Positions 1 to 9,722 of a stretch of DNA of 64,000 bases are shown here, in pieces. The stretch is from assembly GCA_028278065.1 (NCBI GenBank), contig JANQFA010000193.1, positions 2,940 to 66,939 of the forward strand, given 5' to 3'. Position 1 is the first letter of the stretch. Each line of letters begins with the position of its first letter. The position numbers and the translations under genes were made by a program. The DNA is from Myxococcota bacterium. GTDB taxonomy: Bacteria > Myxococcota_A > UBA9160 > JAFDET01. The notes beneath the pieces are model-generated. The model was given only the letters and a program-made list of their open reading frames with translations. It ran no database searches and had not been told where the DNA came from.

Positions 1-9
1 GACGCCGGA

Positions 10-789
10 TCAGTCCTCGGGCGCGAGGCTCGAGCCGCCGCGCCACTCGCCGAGGTGGCCGGTCGCCTCGGTCCCCGCGGCCACCAGCCCCGTCCAGGCG
101 GCAGCGCCGCCCAGGGTGATGCGCACGACGCCCGAGCGGCTCGAAGACTCGCCCGGATCGGCGACATCGGAGCGGATCGTCTTCACCCGCGGTCCCTCGG
201 ACGGCGGGATCAGGTTGAAGGTGGGACCGCCGAGCGCCCATCCCTGGCGCTGCCAGACGGGCTCGGGTGCGTGGCGATCGGCACGGAACTCCAGGCGCAG
301 GGTCGCGACGCCGGCCTCGCGGACCTCGCCGATCCATCCCCCCTCCTCCTCTTGCAGACGGATCTCCGCCCGGTACTTGGGAAATCCCATGGTGCGCCCG
401 CTCCAGATCGCGACGATCTGGTTCTCCGGCATCGCCAGGACGTGCCAGCCCTCTTCACCCCGCCAGGTGCAGCGCAGGCTGACGGCGCCGAGCTGGTAGG
501 GGGTGAGCGGCCAGGGACCGACATCCAGATTGTCGGTGACGCGCAACGCGACCAGCGGATGCTCGGGCAGCTCGAACGGCTCGGGAAGGAGCCGACGGTA
601 GAGAGCGCGATCGGCCGGCTCCACCAGCACGGTGATCGAGCGGGAGGCGCGGAAGTTGGGCTCGCGGGAGGCGGCAAGCTGCACGACCCAGGCGCCCAGA
701 TCGCCTTCCAGGAGGTCGCAGCCCGTTGGCGCGACGAGCAGCATCGCCAGCAATCCCGACCGGATGCGGTGGCGCGAGCGCGACGGCAT
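10..789 (-). CDS. Acetoacetate decarboxylase (ADC) family protein, possible lipoprotein
   Basis: LLPEPFELPEHPLV and GRTMGFPK (ADC-family Schiff-base Lys motif); N-terminal hydrophobic stretch ending PTGC. Confidence 0.7.
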   Translation of the reverse strand: MPSRSRHRIRSGLLAMLLVAPTGCDLLEGDLGAWVVQLAASREPNFRASRSITVLVEPADRALYRRLLPEPFELPEHPLVALRVTDNLDVGPWPLTPYQLGAVSLRCTWRGEEGWHVLAMPENQIVAIWSGRTMGFPKYRAEIRLQEEEGGWIGEVREAGVATLRLEFRADRHAPEPVWQRQGWALGGPTFNLIPPSEGPRVKTIRSDVADPGESSSRSGVVRITLGGAAAWTGLVAAGTEATGHLGEWRGGSSLAPED

Positions 790-867
790 GCCCGCAATCC
801 TACCCCAAGCCCCGGAGCCCTCCCTTCGGGAGACCTCGAGACACGCACTCCGCTAGCATCTTCCGCA

Positions 868-1836
868 ATGAAGGACCCGGCCACTGCGGACCGCGAGTTC
901 CGGAGCCGACGCTTCCTGGTGCTGGCCTCGATCGTGCAGCTCGCCAAGCGGATCGGCCTGAGCAAGCAGGTGGTCCGGCTCGCCTTCAGGCGACTCTTCT
1001 CGGAGAAGGCGAAGGCGCGTTCCTTCACCGGCTACGAGCCCGACGAACACGACGTCTTCGTGACCACCTTCGCCAAGAGCGGGACCAACTGGATGATGCA
1101 GATCGCCCAGCAGATCGCGCACCGAGGAGCCGCGGAGTTCGAGCACATCCACCAGCTGGTCCCCTGGCCGGACTCGCCAGGGCCCGGCCCGGTCGCACTG
1201 GACGATCCCGCTCCGCGCGACGCCTCGCCCACGGGCCTTCGCGTCATCAAGACGCACCTGGAGCCCGAGTTCGTCCCCTACGCCGAGGGAGCCCGCTACC
1301 TCACGATGATCCGCGACCCCAAGGAGGTGCTGGTCTCGAGCTACTACTTCCTGGGCGGGATCCTCGACATCCTCGATCGCGTCACGATCCACGATTGGTT
1401 CGATCTCTTCATGGCGCCCGATGCCCTGGCGACGCAGTGGGCGCGACACAGCGCCGGCTATTGGAGCTGGCGCGATCGGACGAACGTCGTGGTGATCACC
1501 TATCCCGAAGCCGTTGCCGAGCCTCGCGTTGCCGTCGAGCGCGTCGCCCGCGTGATGGGGGTCGACCTGAACGAGGCGGAGCTGGCCGCGGTTCTCGAAC
1601 GCAGCAGCTTCGCGTACATGAAGGCGCACGAGTCGCAGTTCGCGCCTCCCCGCCCGGTGTTCGGCGGAGATCGCCCCCTGATGGTGCGACGCGGAGAGCC
1701 CGGTGGCTCCGCCGAGCTTCTCGACGCCACCCAGCAGGTGGAGATCGACCGGCGCTGCCGCGCCGAGCTGGCCCGCCTGGGCTCCGACTTCCCGTACGCG
1801 GAGGCCTTCGACCTGGCCGAGGACGCCGCCGCCTGA
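868..1836 (+). CDS. Sulfotransferase domain protein
   Basis: 5'-PSB motif TFAKSGTNW, IKTHL, 3'-PB motif IRDPKEVLVSSY, RRGEPG; ATG at 868 within ORF 55..1836. Confidence 0.85.
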   Translation: MKDPATADREFRSRRFLVLASIVQLAKRIGLSKQVVRLAFRRLFSEKAKARSFTGYEPDEHDVFVTTFAKSGTNWMMQIAQQIAHRGAAEFEHIHQLVPWPDSPGPGPVALDDPAPRDASPTGLRVIKTHLEPEFVPYAEGARYLTMIRDPKEVLVSSYYFLGGILDILDRVTIHDWFDLFMAPDALATQWARHSAGYWSWRDRTNVVVITYPEAVAEPRVAVERVARVMGVDLNEAELAAVLERSSFAYMKAHESQFAPPRPVFGGDRPLMVRRGEPGGSAELLDATQQVEIDRRCRAELARLGSDFPYAEAFDLAEDAAA

Positions 1837-1885
1837 GCGTCCGGCCGCTCGCCCGGCCGGACGCACACGCGCTACGCTGGATTCG

Positions 1886-2281
1886 ATGCCCGACGGGCCC
1901 GCACCCAACCGCCTCGGGAAGGCCGTCCCCTCCCTTCCGGTGCGCAGCTGCGTCGACTCCCTGGCCTGGTACTGCGAGAAGCTCGGATTCCGCAAGGACT
2001 TCGACGACGCCGTCCTGGGACGGGACGAGATCCTGTTCGCCGGGGTCAGCCGCGACGAATTCCACATCACCCTGAACCAGCACGACGAGCAGGGCTGCAT
2101 CGTGATCGTCGGCTGCGACGTCGCGGACGTGGACGCGCTCTACGAGGAGCTCAAGGAGCGTGGCGTGGAGATCCTCCTGCGGCCGCAGGACGAGCCCTGG
2201 GGCGAACGCCACATGGCGATCGTCGATCCGGACGGCAACGAGCTCCACTTCTCGTCGCCGATCGCCGCGGAGGATTCATGA
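1886..2281 (+). CDS. VOC/glyoxalase family protein
   Basis: WYCEKLGF, DVDALYEELKERGVEI, PWGERHMAIVDPDGNELHF. Confidence 0.85.
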   Translation: MPDGPAPNRLGKAVPSLPVRSCVDSLAWYCEKLGFRKDFDDAVLGRDEILFAGVSRDEFHITLNQHDEQGCIVIVGCDVADVDALYEELKERGVEILLRPQDEPWGERHMAIVDPDGNELHFSSPIAAEDS

Positions 2282-2868
2282 GCGGATCGGTCGAGTTCGT
2301 GTTCAGCTTCCGCAGCCCGTACGCGTGGATCGCGGCCCGCCGCGTCCTCCCGATGGTCCACCCGGACACCGAGGTCCGCTGGACACCCTTCTTCCCCCTT
2401 CCCTCGTTCGCGAACTTCGGAAACCTCATCCCGGTCCGCGCTCGCTACAACATCGAAGACCTGCTGCGCCTGTCCAGGGCATACGACCTGGAGTTCGGCC
2501 GCCCGCCGCTTGCGGAGCCCGACTGGTCCATCCCCCACGCTGCCTTCGTGCATGCCGAACGCGAGGGGTGCGGCCCGGAGTTCGGCCTCGCCCTGGCCGA
2601 CTCGCGCTGGCACGCGGGAGAGGACGTGGCGAGCGCCGAGGTGATCGGAAAGGTGGCCGAGTCGGTCGGTCTCGACGGCGACGCGGCGGTCAGCGCCAGC
2701 TCGAACGCGGGACTGCGAGCCCGGCTGACCGAGGAAATCGAGGTCAACTACCGCGAGCGCGGCATCTTCGGAGTGCCGATGTTCGTCCTGCCCGACGGCC
2801 AGCGCTTCTGGGGACACGACCGGATGGAATGGGCGCTCCACTACGGCTACGTACCGTCCGCCTCGTGA
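2278..2868 (+). CDS. DsbA-family 2-hydroxychromene-2-carboxylate isomerase / kappa-GST-like protein
   Basis: FSFRSPYAW, GIFGVPMF, FWGHDR; ATGA overlap with upstream gene. Confidence 0.85.
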   Translation: MSGSVEFVFSFRSPYAWIAARRVLPMVHPDTEVRWTPFFPLPSFANFGNLIPVRARYNIEDLLRLSRAYDLEFGRPPLAEPDWSIPHAAFVHAEREGCGPEFGLALADSRWHAGEDVASAEVIGKVAESVGLDGDAAVSASSNAGLRARLTEEIEVNYRERGIFGVPMFVLPDGQRFWGHDRMEWALHYGYVPSAS

Positions 2869-2878
2869 GGGAGACGTC

Positions 2879-3631
2879 ATGAGCTCCTCCCTGCGCCGCC
2901 ACTGGTCGAAGGGCCTGCGCAGCCTGTGGCGCTTCATCACGACGCCGAGCGACCTGGCGAACAGCTTCGAGGCGATGTTCGCGCTGGCCGGTCCCACCGT
3001 AGAGCGCGAGTTCCAGCGCTTCGCCGAACACCCGGTCGGGCAGCGACTGCTCGCGGAGCGGCCGCGGCGGGATCTGAACGCCCTCCTCACCCAGCACGAG
3101 GCGCTGGCGGCCATGCCGCCCGACAGCTTCGCAGCCGCCTACCTCGCCTACCTGGGTGGCGAGGACATGGGCTCGGCCGGCTACTTCCTGGAGGCCGCCC
3201 ACCTGGAAGAGAGCGCCGCCCGCTTCGGCTGGAGCGACGATCACCTCTGGTTCGTGCGGCGAATGGCCAACAGCCACGACCTCTTCCACGTCGTCGCCGG
3301 CTACGATCGCGACGTCACCGGCGAGATCGGCGTGATCGCCTTCACCGCCGGCCAGGTCCCGCTCCTCCCGCTGCGCCTGCTCCTGCCCTACCTGCTGTCG
3401 CTGAAGCCGTCGGAGCCGATCGGCTGGTGGCGCTACGTGGCCGGCGCCTATCGCCACGGGCGCGAGGCCCCCTCCCTGGCGTGCGTCGACTACGAGGCCA
3501 TGCTCCCGAAGCCGCTCGCCGAGGTTCGCCGCGAGATCGGGATCCGCCCCGTCGCGGAGGCGCTGCCGGCGGGCGCGCCGGCGAAGGGCTGGCTCCTCGA
3601 GCGCGTCGAACGCAACGTGGCGCTGGTCTAG
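2879..3631 (+). CDS. Coq4 family protein
   Basis: HDLFHVVAGYDRDVTGE matches the HDxxH-(x)11-E metal motif; LAAMPPDSF. Confidence 0.85.
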   Translation: MSSSLRRHWSKGLRSLWRFITTPSDLANSFEAMFALAGPTVEREFQRFAEHPVGQRLLAERPRRDLNALLTQHEALAAMPPDSFAAAYLAYLGGEDMGSAGYFLEAAHLEESAARFGWSDDHLWFVRRMANSHDLFHVVAGYDRDVTGEIGVIAFTAGQVPLLPLRLLLPYLLSLKPSEPIGWWRYVAGAYRHGREAPSLACVDYEAMLPKPLAEVRREIGIRPVAEALPAGAPAKGWLLERVERNVALV

Positions 3632-3678
3632 CAGAACCGTGGCTTCCGGGACGCAACGGGACGGGCTAGCCTGCGGCG

Positions 3679-4263
3679 ATGCGCAAGCTCACGCCGGAAG
3701 CCTACGGGCCCGAGGGAGACGCCTCCCACCACCTCTCTGCGAGCGAGCTGGAGGAAGGCCTGCGCGCACTCCCCACTCCCGGAAGGGACGCCGGACGGCT
3801 GACCCTGATCGTGCGCCGCCATCCGGACGGCGAACGGGAGACACTCGAGCGCACCCGACTCAGCACCGAGGAAGGCGTCCCCGGGGACGGCTGGAACCGG
3901 CGCCCACCGCGCAAGCCCGATGCCCAGCTGGCTGTGATGCGAACCGACGTGGCCGAGCTCATCGCCGGGGGACAACCGCTGACCCTCTTCGGGGACAACC
4001 TCTTCGTCGAGCTCGACATCACGGCGGCGAACCTCCCCTTCGGTACGCGCCTGCGAGTAGGCGAGGCCGTAGTGGAGATGACGCCCGAGCCGCACAACGG
4101 CTGCCTCAAGTTCAAGGGACGCTTCGGGCTGGACGCCCTCAAGCTGGTCCAGGCGCCCGCCACGCGCGACCAGAACCTGCGCGGCGTGTACTGGAAGGTG
4201 GTCGAGTCCGGCGACGTGGAGGCGGGCTCGACGGTCGAGGTGATCTCCCGACCCGAAGCCTAG
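3679..4263 (+). CDS. MOSC domain protein
   Basis: GDNLFV, GTRLRVGEAVVEMT, HNGCLKF, LRGVYWKVVESGDV. Confidence 0.85.
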   Translation: MRKLTPEAYGPEGDASHHLSASELEEGLRALPTPGRDAGRLTLIVRRHPDGERETLERTRLSTEEGVPGDGWNRRPPRKPDAQLAVMRTDVAELIAGGQPLTLFGDNLFVELDITAANLPFGTRLRVGEAVVEMTPEPHNGCLKFKGRFGLDALKLVQAPATRDQNLRGVYWKVVESGDVEAGSTVEVISRPEA

Positions 4264-4736
4264 AGCAGGTCGAGCGCCCGCTGCGCCTCGACGTAGGTGA
4301 GCTCGCGCTTCTGCATGAGCTCCGCCAGGACGTCTCCTCCATCGGACGCCGGGGTGACGCCCCTCGCTCGGGACTGCCCCCTCTCGAGATGACGCGCCAC
4401 GAGGAGGTCGAGCGGGGCGTCCTCCCAGCCGACCCGAACCAGCAGCTCCCCGAGTGCCTCGATCGACGACACCACCACCCGGCGCTCGGCCAGCGCGAAA
4501 CCGTCCGCCGTCCGCGCGACCACGCGTCCGCGGTCGACGGCGGCCAGCACCCGCCCCGCCGGCTCGCGTCCGCCCACCACGAAGACGAGGACGGGCTCGC
4601 TCTCCGACTCCAGCGCGGGGGAGACCCAGTCGGATACGCCTTCCCAGTCCAGGTCGCTCCTCGCCGCGCCGAGCGCCACCAGCAGGCCGCCGAGCAGGAT
4701 CCCCAGGGACAGGAGGGCACTTCGTCGTGCGGGCAT
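4260..4736 (-). CDS. Hypothetical protein with N-terminal hydrophobic/signal segment
   Basis: ORF fills the gap between MOSC and CAP genes; LLSLGILLGGLLVALG; no recognised motif. Confidence 0.55.
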   Translation of the reverse strand: MPARRSALLSLGILLGGLLVALGAARSDLDWEGVSDWVSPALESESEPVLVFVVGGREPAGRVLAAVDRGRVVARTADGFALAERRVVVSSIEALGELLVRVGWEDAPLDLLVARHLERGQSRARGVTPASDGGDVLAELMQKRELTYVEAQRALDLL

Positions 4737-4879
4737 GGCATCTCTTCGGCGCGAGGCGGCATGGACTTGCCATCGGGAGCCATGGAATGCCGACGTCCTG
4801 CGCCCGGGCTGCCGGCGACCTGCACGACCGGTGACGAGCCGTACTTCGGTTGGAGCTCCGGAGGCCCGATGAGAAGGAC

Positions 4880-5965
4880 ATGCGTTCGGTCGCCCCCGCC
4901 GTCCTGCTGGCCCTGGCCTGCTCGGCCTGGTCGTCCTCCGCGCAGGCCGCCTGCCCCAGCCTCTACGAGCTGAAGGTGGTGCTCCTGGTCAACGAGGAGC
5001 GCGCCGCGGAGGACGTCCCGCCCCTCGAGATCGACGACCGCCTCTCGGCGGCCGCCCAGGGCCACGCGAACGACATGGCCAAGAAGAACTTCGTCTCCCA
5101 CACGGGCTCGAACGGCTCCGCGTGGGACGCCCGCATCCGCAAGAAGGGCTACCCGAATGCGGCGATGGGGGAGAACGTAGCCGGCGGTCAGCCCACGCCC
5201 GAAGCGGTCGTGGCCGCATGGATGGCTTCGTCGGGTCATCGCGCCAACATCCTGAATCCGAGCTTCGGCCACATCGGCGTGGGCTACGCCTGGCGCTCGA
5301 AGACGACCTATCGACACCACTGGTCCCAGTCGTTCGGAGGCGCCGCGACCCTCGTGAGCCAGTGCGGCGCGGCGGGGCCCGAGGTGGCTCGCGCCCGCTG
5401 CCAGTCCGCCCAGCTCGCCGCCCTGGGCAAGCTCTGCACGACGGAGCTCAAGTGCCACGCCAAGCGCGCCAAGAAGCCGGCGCACCCCAACGCGACCGCC
5501 AAGCTCGCGACGTGCATCGCCAAGGCCGAGGACAAGTTCGCCCGTGCCTGGGACAAGGCGGCCGAGCAGGCGGCCGCGGGCCTCGCCCTGTGCGCCCGTG
5601 ACCAGTCGGCGGCGGGCGCCGCCGCCGACTTCGAAGGCGAGATCGACACGCTGGTCGGACCGGTGGTGCTGGACGAGGACGCGTCCGACAAAGCCGACTC
5701 GAAGCTCCGCTCCAGCCTGCTCGGCGAGGCCGGGAAGCTCTGTGGAGGAGCGCTCTCCGCCGAGGGCAAGCACGCAGCCGGCGGAGACCCCGCGGCGCGG
5801 GACACCGCGCGCGACAAGGCGCGTGCCCGCTTCGACGTGAAGGCGGACAAGGCCCATCAGCGCGCCCTGGATCGCGGTGTGTCGTACGGCGGACCCACCC
5901 CGGATGCTCTGGGTGATGGCAGCGAGACCCTGGCCGACGACGCCGTCGCCGACACCTCACCCTAG
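4880..5965 (+). CDS. Secreted CAP/SCP domain protein with Cys-containing helical C-terminal extension
   Basis: Signal peptide; LVNEERA, HANDMA, FVSHTGS, GENVA, WMASSGHRANIL, IGVG. Confidence 0.85.
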   Translation: MRSVAPAVLLALACSAWSSSAQAACPSLYELKVVLLVNEERAAEDVPPLEIDDRLSAAAQGHANDMAKKNFVSHTGSNGSAWDARIRKKGYPNAAMGENVAGGQPTPEAVVAAWMASSGHRANILNPSFGHIGVGYAWRSKTTYRHHWSQSFGGAATLVSQCGAAGPEVARARCQSAQLAALGKLCTTELKCHAKRAKKPAHPNATAKLATCIAKAEDKFARAWDKAAEQAAAGLALCARDQSAAGAAADFEGEIDTLVGPVVLDEDASDKADSKLRSSLLGEAGKLCGGALSAEGKHAAGGDPAARDTARDKARARFDVKADKAHQRALDRGVSYGGPTPDALGDGSETLADDAVADTSP

Positions 5966-5993
5966 GATCCCGCGTCCGTGATAGGGTGCGGCC

Positions 5994-6362
5994 ATGACCG
6001 TCACCTACGTCAACATCTTCGTCACGGACCTCGAGCGCGCGGTCGACTTCTACACGTCGAAGCTCGGGCTGAAGCTCGAACAGAGCGACGCGGGCCACGG
6101 CTACGCCTCCCTGGATGCGGGCGCGATACGCCTCGGCCTGGCCGCCGTCGACGGCGAGCACTCCCGGATGGCCGGACGGCACACCGGGGTGGGTCTGGCC
6201 GTGGACGACCTGGTCGCCGAGCACGACCGGCTGCGGGAGCTGGGCGTCCGCTTCACCATGGCCCCCGAGCGCCAGCCGTGGGGCGGCTTCATGGCGGTGC
6301 TCGCCGACCCGGACGGCAACGAGCTGTACCTGGACGAGGTCGCCGCCACCCGCCGCGACTGA
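5994..6362 (+). CDS. VOC/glyoxalase family protein
   Basis: VTDLERAVDFYTSKLGL, QPWGGFMAVLADPDGNEL. Confidence 0.9.
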   Translation: MTVTYVNIFVTDLERAVDFYTSKLGLKLEQSDAGHGYASLDAGAIRLGLAAVDGEHSRMAGRHTGVGLAVDDLVAEHDRLRELGVRFTMAPERQPWGGFMAVLADPDGNELYLDEVAATRRD

Positions 6363-6378
6363 GCGGCGCTCGCGAAGG

Positions 6379-6993
6379 CTAGAGACTGCCCGCGGCCGCC
6401 TTCTGGAAGGCCGGGCGGACCTGGAGCCTCGCCAGGTAGCCCTGGGTGCGCGGATGGCGTTCCGAGAGGACCCCGAAGAGCTGCGCGACCGTCAGGGTGA
6501 AGCCCAGCATGACGTCGGCCGCCGAGAACGCCTCCCCCAGCAGCCAGGGACCCTCGCCGAGCTGATCCTCGAGGAAGTCGAGTGCCTCCGCGGCCCTCCC
6601 CTTCTGGTCGGCGACGACCTCGGCGCCTCCCGGCGCGTCGGGCCGGTAGAGCGTGTACCAGACCGCGATCCCGATCGGGGGGTAGGCCGTCGACTCGGCG
6701 AAGGACATCCACTGCAGGAAGCGGCCGCGCAGGGGCGACTCGAGCGGCGGAGACAGCAGGTGCTCCCGATCGTAACGCTCGAGGATGAACTGGACGATCG
6801 CGCCCGATTCGCACATCACCACGTCGCCGTCCTCGATCACCGGGAGCTTGCCGAGCGGGGTGGCCTGGGCGTAGGTGGACTCGGTGGGCCGGTTGAACTC
6901 GATCGTCTCGAGCTCGTACTCGATGCCCAGCTCCTCGAGGAGCTGGAGGATGCGCACCGAGCGGGTGCGAGGAGCATGGTAGAGCTTGATCAT
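6379..6993 (-). CDS. Glutathione S-transferase family protein
   Basis: MIKLYHAPRTRSVRI, PLGKLPVIED, ESGAI, FSAADV. Confidence 0.9.
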   Translation of the reverse strand: MIKLYHAPRTRSVRILQLLEELGIEYELETIEFNRPTESTYAQATPLGKLPVIEDGDVVMCESGAIVQFILERYDREHLLSPPLESPLRGRFLQWMSFAESTAYPPIGIAVWYTLYRPDAPGGAEVVADQKGRAAEALDFLEDQLGEGPWLLGEAFSAADVMLGFTLTVAQLFGVLSERHPRTQGYLARLQVRPAFQKAAAGSL

Positions 6994-7065
6994 CGGGAAC
7001 CCCGGGGAAGAGCCGAGGGTGGCGAAGCCGGTTCCGCGCGGCAAGCGCCGTGATACGCTGCGCGC

Positions 7066-7962
7066 GTGGCACACCCGATCGCCGTCGCGCTCCTCGTGGC
7101 CCTCGCGGTCGCCGCCTGCGGGACTGAAGCGCCCCCGCGGCCGGCGCCCACCCTGATCGCCCACCGGGGCGCATCGGGCCATCTCCCCGAGCACACGCGG
7201 CGCGCCTACGATCTCGCCCTCGAGCAGGGCGCGGACTACCTGGAGCACGACCTCCATCGCACCCGCGACGGCGTCCTCGTCGTGGTGCACGATGACACGC
7301 TCGAACGAACGGCGCGCGGTCCCGCCGAGGACTGCAGCGGAGCGGTCGCGGAGAAGACCCTGGCGCAGCTTCGCCGCTGCGACTTCGGAGCCTGGTTCTG
7401 GGAGCGTCGCCCGCGGCCCGCCCTGCCCCCCGCCGCAGCCGAGATCCTCACCCTGGATCAGGTGCTGGACCGCTACCGCGATCGCGCCCGCTTCTACATC
7501 GAGACGAAGGACCCCGACGAGGCGCCGGGGATGGAGACGGAGCTGCTCGCTGCGCTGGAGCGCCACGACCTGCGACCCCAGAGCCGCGACGATCGGACCG
7601 TGATCGTCCAGTCGTTCAGCCCGAAGAGCCTCGCTCGCCTGCACGCGAGCTGGCCCGAGCTACCGCTGGTCCTCCTCGTGGAGGCGGGTGAGCTGCCGCG
7701 GCCGCTGGACGCGGGCCTGGAGCGGATCGCCGAGACCGCGGTGGGGATCGGTCCCCATCGGGGTGACGTGGACGCCGAGCTCGTGGAGACGGCGCACCGG
7801 CACGGCCTCGTCATCCACCCGTGGACCGTGAACGACACCGACGAGATCGCGAGGCTCCTCTCCCTCGGCGTGGACGGCATCTTCACCGACTACCCGGACC
7901 GCTTCCGCGAGGTGTGCTGCGAGGAAGCGTCCACACCCGTGCGCGACACGGAGGCCCGTTGA
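7066..7962 (+). CDS. Glycerophosphodiester phosphodiesterase, probable lipoprotein
   Basis: AHRGASGHLPEHT, EHD, VVHD, IETK, WTVND, GVDGIFTDYP; lipobox-like VAAC. Confidence 0.9.
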   Translation: MAHPIAVALLVALAVAACGTEAPPRPAPTLIAHRGASGHLPEHTRRAYDLALEQGADYLEHDLHRTRDGVLVVVHDDTLERTARGPAEDCSGAVAEKTLAQLRRCDFGAWFWERRPRPALPPAAAEILTLDQVLDRYRDRARFYIETKDPDEAPGMETELLAALERHDLRPQSRDDRTVIVQSFSPKSLARLHASWPELPLVLLVEAGELPRPLDAGLERIAETAVGIGPHRGDVDAELVETAHRHGLVIHPWTVNDTDEIARLLSLGVDGIFTDYPDRFREVCCEEASTPVRDTEAR

Positions 7963-7991
7963 CCGGCACCCGCGGCACTCCCGAATCGGTC

Positions 7992-9170
7992 GTGGACGGC
8001 GAGACCAGCACGCCGATCGGCGGCTTCGTCGACCCGGGCTTCGCGGGCGTACGTGAGGCCTTCGCTGCCAACTTCCGGGAGCACGGGGAGGTGGGCGCCG
8101 CCGTGGCGGTGCGCGTCGACGGGCGGGTGGTCGCGGACCTGCACGGGGGAGTCGCCGACCCGACCACCGGCCGGCCCTGGCGTTCCGACACCCTGGTGAA
8201 CGCCTTCTCCGTGGGCAAAGGCGTGTTGGCGGCGCTGGTCCTCGTGCTCGTCGAGCGCGGGGACGTCGAGCTGGACCGCCCGATCTGCGAGTGCTGGCCC
8301 GAGTTCGCGACCGCGGAGAAGGACGCGATCACCCTGCGCATGCTGCTATCCCACCGCGCGGGTCTGCCCGCCATCCGGGAGATGCTCCCCGATGGCGCCT
8401 GGCGCGACTGGGATGGGGTGTGCGCCGCCCTGGCCGCGACGCGTCCCTGGTGGGAGCCCGACTCTGCGCACGGCTACCACGTGAACATGTACGGCTTCCT
8501 GGTGGGGGAGGCGCTGCACCGCGCGACCGGTCGGCGCGTCGAGGATCTGCTGCGCGAGCACATATCGGGCCCGCTCGGCGTCGACTTCCACTACGGGCTC
8601 CCCGACGCGCAGCACCCGCGGGTCGCGCGGACGGGAATGCCCGACGTCCACCTGACCACCCAGGAGCACTTCGAGAAGGCGTTCCCGCCCACCGGCGACG
8701 GAGCCTTCGACCTGATGATCTGGCGGGCCTACTTCAACCCACCGGGCGCATCGGGCGCGGGCACCGTCAACACGGCCGCATGGCGCTCGTCGGTGAACCC
8801 GTCGACCTCCGGGACCGGCGACGCGCGCTCGGTGGCCGCGATCTACGCCGGGCTCCTGGCGCGCCGGGGCGGCCCGGACCTGGGCGTGGGCGCGTCCGTC
8901 CTGGCCGACGGGTTGCGGATCCACTCGGACGGACACGACCGCGTCCTCGACCGCCCTTCGCGCTTCGGTCTGGGCTTCCAGATCTCCTCGGAGAACCGGC
9001 CGCTCGGCCGCGGAGAGCGGGGCTTCGGGCACTACGGCTACGGTGGCTCGCTCGGCTTCGCCGACCCGGAGGCCGCAATCGCGTTCGGCTATGTGACCAA
9101 CCAGCCCGGGGCACGCTGGAAGTCGCCACGCACCGACGGGCTGATCGACGCTCTCTACGGCTGTCTGTGA
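7992..9170 (+). CDS. Serine hydrolase, beta-lactamase/EstA family
   Basis: SxxK motif FSVGK, LLSHRAGL, HGYH, FGHYGYGGS; start uncertain (GTG 7992 or TTG 7959). Confidence 0.85.
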   Translation: MDGETSTPIGGFVDPGFAGVREAFAANFREHGEVGAAVAVRVDGRVVADLHGGVADPTTGRPWRSDTLVNAFSVGKGVLAALVLVLVERGDVELDRPICECWPEFATAEKDAITLRMLLSHRAGLPAIREMLPDGAWRDWDGVCAALAATRPWWEPDSAHGYHVNMYGFLVGEALHRATGRRVEDLLREHISGPLGVDFHYGLPDAQHPRVARTGMPDVHLTTQEHFEKAFPPTGDGAFDLMIWRAYFNPPGASGAGTVNTAAWRSSVNPSTSGTGDARSVAAIYAGLLARRGGPDLGVGASVLADGLRIHSDGHDRVLDRPSRFGLGFQISSENRPLGRGERGFGHYGYGGSLGFADPEAAIAFGYVTNQPGARWKSPRTDGLIDALYGCL

Positions 9171-9185
9171 GACGGGCCCGACCGC

Positions 9186-9716
9186 TCACTGGTAGCGGCG
9201 GCCCTCGTGCTCGATCCAGCCGTGGGGGTGGCGTCCGGCCGGATCGCGGTGGGTCCAGTGGATCACGCCACCCTTCTCGTTCCATTCGTACTCGCCCTTG
9301 AAGGAGATCCGGTCGCCCCGGCGCAACGCGTCCACCCGCGGAGCGAGATCGATGTTGTGGGCGACGAGCACGCTGTGACCATCCTCCAGCTCGACGATGA
9401 AGCGCTGGTGGCGGGAGCCGTCCAAGTCGTCGCGCAGGACCGCGCGGACCACGCCCGAGGCCTGCACCACGAAGTCCGAGCGACCGCTGCGATAGGCCTC
9501 GACGATCCGCGCCGCGCCCGCGTCGCGGAGTCGCGGCGCCTCGCCGATTCGTCCGGCGCCGCCGTCGCCACGTTCCCGCGCCTCCGCGGGCGGGCGGGCG
9601 CGCGACGGGAGCTCGCTCCTGCGCTCCAGCAGCGCGAACACCAGCGCCAGGGCGATCAGAGCCAGCGCGAGGCGGTTCCACCCCCGACCCGAGCGACGAG
9701 GAGTGGCGCGGGGCAC
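9186..9716 (-). CDS. DUF3465 domain protein
   Basis: GSRHQRFIV, AHNIDLAPRV, GEYEWNEKGGVIHWTH, GWIEHEGRRYQ. Confidence 0.8.
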   Translation of the reverse strand: MPRATPRRSGRGWNRLALALIALALVFALLERRSELPSRARPPAEARERGDGGAGRIGEAPRLRDAGAARIVEAYRSGRSDFVVQASGVVRAVLRDDLDGSRHQRFIVELEDGHSVLVAHNIDLAPRVDALRRGDRISFKGEYEWNEKGGVIHWTHRDPAGRHPHGWIEHEGRRYQ

Positions 9717-9722
9717 GAGCCT

